This document shows positions 7,180 to 15,326 of a DNA stretch of 33,082 nt, piece after piece. This DNA is from a virus. Lineage: Duplodnaviria; Heunggongvirae; Uroviricota; Caudoviricetes. The translations under genes were made by a program, and so were the position numbers. The stretch is from the IMG/VR virus record IMGVR_UViG_3300020050_015720. The stretch is one strand, 5' to 3'. The stretch's first letter is position 1; each line of letters opens with the position of its first letter. The notes under the pieces were generated by a model that was not told the origin of the DNA, did not search any database, and saw only the letters and a program-made list of their open reading frames with translations.

Positions 7180-7276
7180 AGGGGGGTTTATTCGTTAGGA
7201 GACGAAAGCAAACTTCAAATTTGCGGAAGCTGGTGTCCAAAACCAGATGATACGGGTTCGAGTCCTGTCCCCCTTG
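7180..7276 (+). tRNA. trnW: tRNA-Trp with two tandem anticodon arms (UCA and CCA)
   Basis: Acceptor AGGGGGG/CCCCCTT, G73; arm 1 GCAAA-CTTCAAA-TTTGC (TCA 7215-17); arm 2 CTGGT-GTCCAAA-ACCAG (CCA 7237-39); ATGAT; T-arm ACGGG-TTCGAGT-CCTGT. Confidence 0.85.
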
Positions 7277-7506
7277 CAAAGGCCTGCCCAAGGCCCACTA
7301 TTCAAATAAGCATGATAGTAAGTGTGTCCTGTAAAAAGGAACGCCGGACTTCCCGTCCTCACGTTTAAATAACAATGGGAAAGAAATAAAAGTCTCGAAG
7401 AAACCATAGCTTAGACTATGAATACATACCTTGTGTGGGGAAAGAACACCCTAAGAGAGACGTAACAACACGACTATAATGTTACAAGGTTTGATGTCGT
7501 TGGTTT

Positions 7507-7666
7507 AGAAATATACTTTGGGAAAGTAGCCACCAAGAAAGACAAGGTGAAAGACCAAACGTCCAGGCACTAAATGCCCTCTTCTGTAATAGAGGGTTGA
7601 TGTGATAATGGCGGCGGTGGCGAGTGAAATTACAGCTCTCTGTAGGTTCGAATCCTACTATTTCTT
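7507..7666 (+). ncRNA. 160-nt tRNA-like RNA (acceptor stem plus T-arm enclosing a multibranch body)
   Basis: AGAAATA 7507-13/TATTTCT 7659-65 perfect 7 bp; T-arm 7642-58 identical to that of tRNA-Ile; internal GCCACC/GGTGGC, TACTTT/AAAGTA and CCCTCT/AGAGGG stems. Confidence 0.6.
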
Positions 7667-7672
7667 CTAATA

Positions 7673-7755
7673 CCCATACCGTGGCTTTAGGGATATCTGA
7701 AAGGTAATCGTTACTGGCTGAGTAAAGGAAGGCCTAAAGACGGAGTAACTATGGG
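7673..7755 (+). ncRNA. Candidate structured RNA (three-way junction on a long stem)
   Basis: CCCATA/TATGGG, CCGT/ACGG and CTTTAGG/CCTAAAG stems plus two internal hairpins. Confidence 0.4.
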
Positions 7756-7769
7756 TAAATTTATAAATT

Positions 7770-7934
7770 ATGAGATTAGAATTAAATATATACAACGAAG
7801 GAACATTGATGTCCCATCTTTCTAGATCTATCACCATATCTGAATATCAGATGAAGTCTTATGAGAATATCTATCATTATCTAACTGTAAATCTTCCTTT
7901 ATTTTATGATGTGAGTAAAAACAACAATGCTTAG
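7770..7934 (+). CDS. Small hypothetical protein (54 aa)
   Basis: Manual translation MRLELNIYNEG...; stop overlaps the next ATG. Confidence 0.5.
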   Translation: MRLELNIYNEGTLMSHLSRSITISEYQMKSYENIYHYLTVNLPLFYDVSKNNNA

Positions 7935-8217
7935 GACTCATGATGAGACTGGGCAAGATCATTCGCAGTTATATGAGATTCCGTTTTATTTTGATCTGTC
8001 TAGAGTCGTTTCAATGCGACCCTTAGAAGAGAAAGAACTTCCAATAAAGTTTCGAAGAAAAACAGCCATTACATTTGGAACTGAGGCAGAAGAATATTAT
8101 ATAAAAGCATCAATAGAAACATTACTAAAATTATTAGGTGGGTCTGATGGTGGTATACAAGTTCAGGAGTTACCTGAAGATACTCCAGTAGCTCCAATCC
8201 TATCTACTCAATTATAA
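7927..8217 (+). CDS. Hypothetical protein
   Basis: ORF track. Confidence 0.7.
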   Translation: MLRTHDETGQDHSQLYEIPFYFDLSRVVSMRPLEEKELPIKFRRKTAITFGTEAEEYYIKASIETLLKLLGGSDGGIQVQELPEDTPVAPILSTQL

Positions 8218-8218
8218 T

Positions 8219-8644
8219 ATGGAACATATGTTTACTAATAAAGGTGGTTCAAGCACCGGTAAGAATCCCTTCGCGACAATGAAGGAAGACACAACAACTT
8301 CAAATACACTAACAAATAAGGGTAGTTACATAACCACAAGCACGGACAGTAATAGCTGCAAAACAATATATCCAGGCTCAGCAACAATTACACATTTAAA
8401 CAACATGACTATCGAAAATAGTCCGTGGATAATTTCTGGGCAGGAATGGGCAAAGGCTGAGCCAATAGCAAAGGCAGAAATGACTTTACAGCAATGGAGT
8501 GATACCTTTAATTACATTACACGCTTATACGAAGTTATCCGTTACCAAAATGATGCCCAAAATCTGAGACAGAGATTATCATTTTCTGTAATTACCTTAT
8601 TGGATATGTTACAAGAAAAACTATTAAATTCAAAACTTAATTAA
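8219..8644 (+). CDS. Hypothetical protein, Thr-rich N-terminus
   Basis: ORF track. Confidence 0.65.
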   Translation: MEHMFTNKGGSSTGKNPFATMKEDTTTSNTLTNKGSYITTSTDSNSCKTIYPGSATITHLNNMTIENSPWIISGQEWAKAEPIAKAEMTLQQWSDTFNYITRLYEVIRYQNDAQNLRQRLSFSVITLLDMLQEKLLNSKLN

Positions 8645-8845
8645 ATGACAAACGAACTTATTTCATTCGGACAATATATCCTTTCTGATTATAGAAAATC
8701 AATGGTAGAGGAACATCTGCAACATCTTGTACACCATGCTGACATAGAAAATTGGCTACACTATACCGAAAGTCAAAAAGCTATCCCAGCGGAAGGGGTG
8801 ACTCCAACAGCTACAGAAATTCTAACACCTGAAGATGCAAATTAA
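8645..8845 (+). CDS. Hypothetical protein
   Basis: ORF track; abuts upstream stop. Confidence 0.7.
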   Translation: MTNELISFGQYILSDYRKSMVEEHLQHLVHHADIENWLHYTESQKAIPAEGVTPTATEILTPEDAN

Positions 8846-9083
8846 AGTTGAAATAAAATACTCGCTTTGGCCATACGAAGAAACCATAGCAGTTACTATT
8901 CCAACTGATGAATTTGATAAATTAGATTCCTATGTGGACTCTATCACGTCAAATTTAAAAATGCAGATCTTAGGTAGAGTGAGAAAACAGCATCCTAGTA
9001 TTTGGTATAAGGATACAACATTAAATATTGAACAATTAAAGCAGTTAACAAATGTCGATGCCGATAAAGGAAATATCGTATAA
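8835..9083 (+). CDS. Hypothetical protein
   Basis: ORF track. Confidence 0.65.
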   Translation: MQIKVEIKYSLWPYEETIAVTIPTDEFDKLDSYVDSITSNLKMQILGRVRKQHPSIWYKDTTLNIEQLKQLTNVDADKGNIV

Positions 9084-10647
9084 AGAAGTAACACAAGATA
9101 AACTATTGCAAGGAGCTAAAACTATTGCTGATATAGTAGGGTCTACCTTAGGCCCAATGGGTAAGAATGTGATTATAGAGACTCAATATGGTGCTATTAC
9201 TGTAACAAAGGATGGTATCACGGTTGCCTCTCATGTAACCTTGGAAGATCCAACAGAGAATATGGCTGCGTCTATTATCAGACAGGCCGCTGATAAGACT
9301 GCCACTCTTGCTGGTGATGGTACAACTACTTCAACAGTAATTGCCGCCGCCTTAGTAAAGCAAGCACTTAAACTAGTTAAGCTTGGTTATCAACCTATTG
9401 ATATAAAGCGTGCTTTTGAGCAGCTCTTGCATAAAACAAGGTTATCATTAACCAAGAAGGCATCTCCTGTTGATTCTGAAGATATATTAAAGATCGCTAC
9501 AATCTCAGCAAATAATGACGAAGTTATTGGCGGCTTAATTCACTCAGCTTTTGAGTATGTTGGCAAGGAAGGCCTAATCACTCTGGGAGATTCTAAGACC
9601 GGTAGAACAGAAGTAGAATTAGTTCCTGGAGTATCTATAAACAAAGGCTTTGCTTCTCCATATTTTATTACTGATTCAGCAAAAGGAGAAGCAGTATTAG
9701 AAAAGCCACTTATTTATATAACTGACAATAAACTACGTACGCTGGAAGATGTTGTTCCTATACTAGAGATGGCACATGAACAGAAGAGATCCCTCTTAAT
9801 TCTTTGTGATTCTATAGATGGACATGCACTTCAGATTTTGGCTGTAAATAAACTCAAAGGAACTGTTAGAGTAGCAGCTGTTGAAGGACCTTCATTTGGA
9901 GAGAATCGAGCTGAACTTTTAAAAGATCTTGCGGCTCTTACTTCAGCAAAAATTCTAAGTAACAATGCGCCAAACTCAGATTTTGGTAAGCACTACTTAG
10001 GAAGAGCTGAAAAGATAATAGTAACAAAAGATAAGACTATTTTTGTAGAACCAGTCCGAAATGAAGCTGAGATAGAAGATCGAGTAAAGATTGTTCAAGA
10101 GCATTTGGCTAACAGTGAAAATGCTTACATGACAACTCAGTATCAGAAACGGTTAGCAGATCTAAATGCAAAAGTAGCATCTATTAATGTTGGGGCTCCC
10201 ACCGAGACAGAACAAAAAGAAGTAAAGGATAGAGTAGATGATGCTCTTAGAGCTACCTCAGCAGCTGTTGCTAAAGGTTACTTGTTAGGAGGTGGTACTG
10301 CTCTTTTATGGGTAGCAGAAGAACTCCAATCGGATAATCCTATCACACAAGCTTTTACAGACGCATTAAAAGAGCCTCTTAGGGTTATTATAAATAATGC
10401 TGGTAGGAATGCTGAGGCAATCATAGAAAAAATCACAGACAAAAATGATCCTGAGTATGGATATAATGCTAGGACATTAGAATTTGACAATTTAAAGACC
10501 AGAGGAATTATTGATCCTTTATTAGTCGTAGAACAGGCGGTCACAAACGCTGTTTCAGCAGCAAACATGTTGATCTTATCAGATGTTGCGCTAACTAATT
10601 TGGATAGAACTCCTCCATATTCTCCTCCGGCTATGGACTATGCTTAA
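9052..10647 (+). CDS. groEL: Chaperonin GroEL (Cpn60)
   Basis: TLGPMGKNVII, ITVTKDGITVA, AGDGTTTSTV, GGGTALL and GIIDP motifs; 531 aa. Confidence 0.97.
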   Translation: MSMPIKEISYKEVTQDKLLQGAKTIADIVGSTLGPMGKNVIIETQYGAITVTKDGITVASHVTLEDPTENMAASIIRQAADKTATLAGDGTTTSTVIAAALVKQALKLVKLGYQPIDIKRAFEQLLHKTRLSLTKKASPVDSEDILKIATISANNDEVIGGLIHSAFEYVGKEGLITLGDSKTGRTEVELVPGVSINKGFASPYFITDSAKGEAVLEKPLIYITDNKLRTLEDVVPILEMAHEQKRSLLILCDSIDGHALQILAVNKLKGTVRVAAVEGPSFGENRAELLKDLAALTSAKILSNNAPNSDFGKHYLGRAEKIIVTKDKTIFVEPVRNEAEIEDRVKIVQEHLANSENAYMTTQYQKRLADLNAKVASINVGAPTETEQKEVKDRVDDALRATSAAVAKGYLLGGGTALLWVAEELQSDNPITQAFTDALKEPLRVIINNAGRNAEAIIEKITDKNDPEYGYNARTLEFDNLKTRGIIDPLLVVEQAVTNAVSAANMLILSDVALTNLDRTPPYSPPAMDYA

Positions 10648-12895
10648 AGCAACAGATGTGGTAATCAAAGATATACCACAATACCACCCCCTCTCGGTGG
10701 ATTACAAAAATTTTTGGAGAGAACAAAGAAGAAAGTGTATTGAAGGTGCTTGGGCCAGTGGGATGTATATTCCGCCGGCCCTTTACTATTATGTAAACTT
10801 TCATACTATACGACTGAATAAGAAAGGATCAGCCTTAAAGACCTTTGATCGGCCCTGGTTAAGGGATGTTGAGTATAGATTCTTTAATTACTATACTGAG
10901 GCTAGGGGTTTCTCTGGATTTGCTGATGACGATGAATATTCATCAAATGTAATATTGTTAGACGAAGATATAACGGATGATATATTGATGTTGTATCACC
11001 CTAATACTATGTCATCCTCGACAGGCCAAAGGAAAACATATGTCCCAGCTAGAAAGGCTTTGTTCCAAACTTATGAACAACCTCTTGGAAGGGCGTTATT
11101 TGAGAACCCATTGCAGAATTTCATGCTATTAGGCTCCCGTGAGTCCGGCAAGTCTTACATGGTTTCAAGTTTAATTGGGCATAATTTTTTAATGGATGGT
11201 GCAACTGTCTATAATGAATTTACTCGTAAATATCCCGATCCAGTCGAACTCTTAGTAGGAGCTGAAAAGTCGGACAGATCCGCCGATCTATTAAAAAAGG
11301 TTAGAGACGCTTTTGACCAGTTACCAGGAAAACAGTCTTTGCATGATCGTACATACCCATCCCCATTCTCCAAAAGATATAAGGGATCTTGGGAAGTAAA
11401 TAAGGAGATCATTGCCGAATATAAAAAGAAGGAGCAAGGAGCCTGGGAAGTATCGGGCTCTAAATCATCTATAAAGCATAGATCTTTCGCAGCTAATTCC
11501 TTTGCAGCACAAGGTACTCGTCCACTACTACTAGTTTTAGAAGAAGCGGGTATGTTTAGTGGCCTAAAAGATGTGTATGCCAACACTGTGGATAACCTTA
11601 GAAACGGCCTACGAAAGACAGGCATGCTTATGATGCTTGGTACCGGTGGTGACATGACCCGTGGTACTTTAGATGCCGCCGAGATGTTTTATGAACCAGA
11701 TAAATATGGTATATTAGCTTTTGAAGATACTTGGGAGCACAGAGGTAAGATAGGTTATTTTCTTCCAGCTTATGAAGTACTCAATGAATATAAGGACCCA
11801 GAAACAGGTGTGTCTAATATAGATGCAGCGAGAAAGGCCCTTATAAATGTAAGAAAAAAGAAAGCTGGAGATTCTGGTGGGTCTGAAGCACTAAACAAGG
11901 AAATGCAATATCGTCCTATTGTGCCTTCCGAAATGTTCTTAACTAAGACAGCTAACATATTTCCTACGGCTGAATTAAGGCGACGATTGTCTGAGATTCA
12001 AACCCACAAAATGCAGGATTACTTAGAAAAGAAGGCAGTCCTATATTTTGACCCAGACGCCAAAGTTTATAATGGAGTAAACTACGAGATTAATGAAAAA
12101 CTCACAGCCATCAACAAGTTTCCTTATGAAGGCGAAGAATTAGAAGGAGCGGTTATACTGTATGAACTTCCAAAACTTATAGACAGTGCTGTGCCAAAAG
12201 ACGCCTATATAATAGGGTGTGACCCCTATAAAGATGATGGGCAAAGTGGAACTTCTTTAGCCTCTATATATGTTATCAAGACAAACAAGTACCCATCAAC
12301 TGTCGGATTCTCTGAGATAGTTGCGACCTACATAGGGCGCCCTTACCTTGGTAAAAATCAAGTGAACGAAATTCTCTATAAACTCTCTCTTTTCTATGGA
12401 AATGCAAAGATATACTTTGAGAATAACGTAGGTAACGTAAAAGATTATTTTGAGAAGATAAGACGTTTAGACCTCCTAGCCAGACAACCAGTTACGATAT
12501 TTAATCGAAAGGCTGCTTTTGAGGGATCTCCTCAAGTAGTCTATGGGTATCCATTATCAAACGATAAAGTAAAATGGGAGGCCCTTCAATATGTTAGATC
12601 TTTCTTACTAGAGGATCGAGGAGATGGAAAAAGAAATTTGGATTTAATACCAGATCCAGCACTATTACAAGAATTAATAGCTTACAACTTAGACGGTAAC
12701 TTCGACCGCGTTTCATCCCTTATAGGATGTATCTTAGGACTAGAAGAGTTATCAAATTTAGAGCAACGTAAGGTTTTTCACCAGGCAGAGTTTTCTCAGT
12801 TAGAAAAAGACCTTGATCGGCTTATTATAAATAATAATAGATTATTTAATGTTCAATTTACCCAAACAACGACAGTCCTACGAAGCGAAGTCTAA
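10640..12895 (+). CDS. terL: Terminase large subunit, crAss-like
   Basis: Walker A GSRESGKS, Walker B LLVLEEAG, GTGG motif, nuclease IIGCDPY and FDRVSSL; directly upstream of portal. Confidence 0.93.
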   Translation: MLKATDVVIKDIPQYHPLSVDYKNFWREQRRKCIEGAWASGMYIPPALYYYVNFHTIRLNKKGSALKTFDRPWLRDVEYRFFNYYTEARGFSGFADDDEYSSNVILLDEDITDDILMLYHPNTMSSSTGQRKTYVPARKALFQTYEQPLGRALFENPLQNFMLLGSRESGKSYMVSSLIGHNFLMDGATVYNEFTRKYPDPVELLVGAEKSDRSADLLKKVRDAFDQLPGKQSLHDRTYPSPFSKRYKGSWEVNKEIIAEYKKKEQGAWEVSGSKSSIKHRSFAANSFAAQGTRPLLLVLEEAGMFSGLKDVYANTVDNLRNGLRKTGMLMMLGTGGDMTRGTLDAAEMFYEPDKYGILAFEDTWEHRGKIGYFLPAYEVLNEYKDPETGVSNIDAARKALINVRKKKAGDSGGSEALNKEMQYRPIVPSEMFLTKTANIFPTAELRRRLSEIQTHKMQDYLEKKAVLYFDPDAKVYNGVNYEINEKLTAINKFPYEGEELEGAVILYELPKLIDSAVPKDAYIIGCDPYKDDGQSGTSLASIYVIKTNKYPSTVGFSEIVATYIGRPYLGKNQVNEILYKLSLFYGNAKIYFENNVGNVKDYFEKIRRLDLLARQPVTIFNRKAAFEGSPQVVYGYPLSNDKVKWEALQYVRSFLLEDRGDGKRNLDLIPDPALLQELIAYNLDGNFDRVSSLIGCILGLEELSNLEQRKVFHQAEFSQLEKDLDRLIINNNRLFNVQFTQTTTVLRSEV

Positions 12896-15260
12896 AAATA
12901 ATTTTGCTTGGGCTAAAGAGGTTATTGATTCCATACTTAGCTACACGCCAACAAGTCAAGGAGTTATAAACGCGCCAACGTCGGACTACCAAAGAAAATT
13001 ATCAAACTATCAACTCTATAATAATGAGTTGAATCAAGCCGATTTCGAACGAGAGTGTAATCCATTAGGACTAGATGTTGGCCAATTTAAAGACACAATT
13101 CAGCCCTATAATAAAACTTATAATAAGATACAGATCTTACTTTCGGACCTAACAAAACGTCCTTTCAATTATAGAGCCATTCTGGTCAATAGTGAAGGCG
13201 TAAGATCAAAGTTATTCTATAGGGACACACTGTTCAAACAATATATTGAAAAGGTACTTCTAGATGCAAAGCAAACTGCCATGGGTTTAATGCCTGAGGA
13301 CAGTGAAGATACGTTAATAGATCCTAAAGACGTTTCTAGATACATGCGATATGATTATCGTGAGCGTAGGGAATTACTGACCCAGGCTCTCTTACAGTAT
13401 TTTTCTAGAGCTTTAGATATAAAAGATCTAAAGGTAGATACATTCAAGCATGCTCTAATTGCTGGAGAAGAGATTGTGTATGTAGGAACAGAGAATGGAG
13501 AACCAAAAATAACCGTGGTTAATCCATTAGGATTCTTCTGCCACAAGAGCGCTGAAACAAAGTGGATCCAAGATTCACTTTATGCGGGGTATAAAACCTA
13601 TATGACTGTATCAGAAGTACTTGATCGTTATGGTAAGTATCTTTCAGAAGATCAGAAAGAGCAATTGGATACAAATACAGGCACAACCAACCCAGTGCGG
13701 GAATTCACTATGGGTGCCACCGCTAAATACGGTAACTCAGCCTATGACCCTATTCTTGATATTGAGTCAGCCGACCATGGTAGTTACGGCAAACGTAACA
13801 CAGAAGATATACTAGTTTCCCATGTTGAATGGGTATCCCAAAGAAAGGTTGGATTTATAGAGTATCAAAATGAATTTGGGGAGACAGAATCTAAAATGGT
13901 TTCTGAAGATTTTGAGATCCCTACTATCTATACTAAAGAAGTAGTAACCAGAGCTTATGGTGCTAAAACTACGTATTTTATATGGGAAGTTGATGGTGTT
14001 TTCTATAAATTAAATTGGGACTATATTCCTGAAGTTTGGACAGGCACAAAGATTGGGCACAACATCTACACGATGATAGGTCCAAAAGAGCTGCAGTATC
14101 GTTCTGTTGACAATCCATACAAGGTGAGCCTAGGATACCATGGTATTATATATAATGCTATGAATGCGGGCTCAGTCTCTCTTATGGATAGAATGAAACC
14201 TTTCCAATACCTTTACTTTATAGTAATGCATAAGCTTAAAGAGCTAATTGCGCAAGATCAAGGGAAGGTATTTCCTTTTGACATATCTATGGTGGATCCA
14301 AAGATAGGCTTAGAGAAAACACTCTACTATTTAAAGCGTATGAATATAGATCTCTATAATTCATTAGCTAACGGGGATATGCCAGGGCAAAGTCAGAGAG
14401 GCAAGGTTACTGGTGTTGCAGACATGTCAAATATGCAGCATATACTAAATTACATTAGTATACTATCGGCTATTGATGCTCAAATTTCTGAAGTAGCTGG
14501 TGTCTCCAGACAGAGGGAAGGACAAACTACTCCAACTGAAGCAGTATCAAATGCTCAGTCGAACATAATGATGTCAGCGCTTATAACTGAAATCTACTTT
14601 CAGACACATGCAAAACTTTGGGAAAAGATCCTTTCTTCTTTGGTATATACTGCTAAGTACGCTTGGAAAGGTCAGAAGATAATAAAACAATATGTGTTAG
14701 ATGATCTATCATTAGCAACCCTTGAGATGGATGCCGATGAATTATTAGACTGCGATCTCGGTATATTTGTGACAGATTCAGGTAAAGAGCACGAAATGTT
14801 CCAGGCCTTGAAGGGAATTTCTGATGGTCTGTTAAATACAAACAGAGCTACATTCTCCGATCTTATTACTCTGTATGAAAGTAACTCAGTAGCAGAATTG
14901 AAACACGCAATCAAACAGTCAGAGGAGACTACCTTTGCAAGAGAGAGTGAGAATCAACAAGCAGCTTTTCAGGCTTCAAAAGAGGAACAAAAGGCTCAAC
15001 AAGAATTTGAACTCTTGAAGCAACAACTAGAACATGAGCATAAAGAAAGACTAGCGCAAATAGAGGTATTCAAATTCCAACAAGATCTAGATATAGATAA
15101 CAATGGAATTCCCGATCCCTTAGAAGTACAAAAGTTCCTAAATGATGCTAAAAATGATTCTCGTAAACTAGATATTGAAGAGAAAAAATTAGCCCAAGAT
15201 AAGGAATTACGCGAAAAAGAGATCAAAGAAAGAGCTAAAAAGGCCTCTAAAAAAACATAG
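12849..15260 (+). CDS. Portal protein, crAss-like
   Basis: 803 aa; YNKTYNKIQILLSD...RPFNY, EVWTGTKIG and SLMDRMKPFQYLY motifs; charged C-terminus; TerL-portal-X-MCP order. Confidence 0.9.
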   Translation: MFNLPKQRQSYEAKSKNNFAWAKEVIDSILSYTPTSQGVINAPTSDYQRKLSNYQLYNNELNQADFERECNPLGLDVGQFKDTIQPYNKTYNKIQILLSDLTKRPFNYRAILVNSEGVRSKLFYRDTLFKQYIEKVLLDAKQTAMGLMPEDSEDTLIDPKDVSRYMRYDYRERRELLTQALLQYFSRALDIKDLKVDTFKHALIAGEEIVYVGTENGEPKITVVNPLGFFCHKSAETKWIQDSLYAGYKTYMTVSEVLDRYGKYLSEDQKEQLDTNTGTTNPVREFTMGATAKYGNSAYDPILDIESADHGSYGKRNTEDILVSHVEWVSQRKVGFIEYQNEFGETESKMVSEDFEIPTIYTKEVVTRAYGAKTTYFIWEVDGVFYKLNWDYIPEVWTGTKIGHNIYTMIGPKELQYRSVDNPYKVSLGYHGIIYNAMNAGSVSLMDRMKPFQYLYFIVMHKLKELIAQDQGKVFPFDISMVDPKIGLEKTLYYLKRMNIDLYNSLANGDMPGQSQRGKVTGVADMSNMQHILNYISILSAIDAQISEVAGVSRQREGQTTPTEAVSNAQSNIMMSALITEIYFQTHAKLWEKILSSLVYTAKYAWKGQKIIKQYVLDDLSLATLEMDADELLDCDLGIFVTDSGKEHEMFQALKGISDGLLNTNRATFSDLITLYESNSVAELKHAIKQSEETTFARESENQQAAFQASKEEQKAQQEFELLKQQLEHEHKERLAQIEVFKFQQDLDIDNNGIPDPLEVQKFLNDAKNDSRKLDIEEKKLAQDKELREKEIKERAKKASKKT

Positions 15261-15294
15261 GGCTATAACAAAAAATCGAAAGTTTGTAAAAAAC

Positions 15295-15325
15295 TTGACA
15301 AAAAATTTTAAATTTCGTATCTTTG
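15295..15325 (+). promoter_or_regulatory. Bacteroidota-type promoter for the scaffold/MCP operon
   Basis: TTG 15295-97, 20-nt spacer, TATCTTTG 15318-25. Confidence 0.85.
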
Positions 15326-15326
15326 T

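Noticed and set aside
7179-7277. Interpretation of the UCA tRNA as tRNA-Sec (UCA, long extra arm, possible 8-bp acceptor using C7179-G7276)
   Set aside because: The 8-bp fold would leave C rather than G as discriminator. The acceptor matches Trp identity and the extra arm is a Trp anticodon arm. The TGAs fall at Trp-like rather than Cys-like positions, and no selA/selB gene or SECIS-like context is seen.
7106-7407. Track ORFs 7106-7291 and 7195-7407 on the minus strand
   Set aside because: They are antisense to the tRNA-Trp and the structured RNA cluster and are not protein-like.
10640-15260. Inteins or introns in TerL or portal
   Set aside because: Both are continuous ORFs of typical crAss-like length with no C/S...HN intein boundaries seen.
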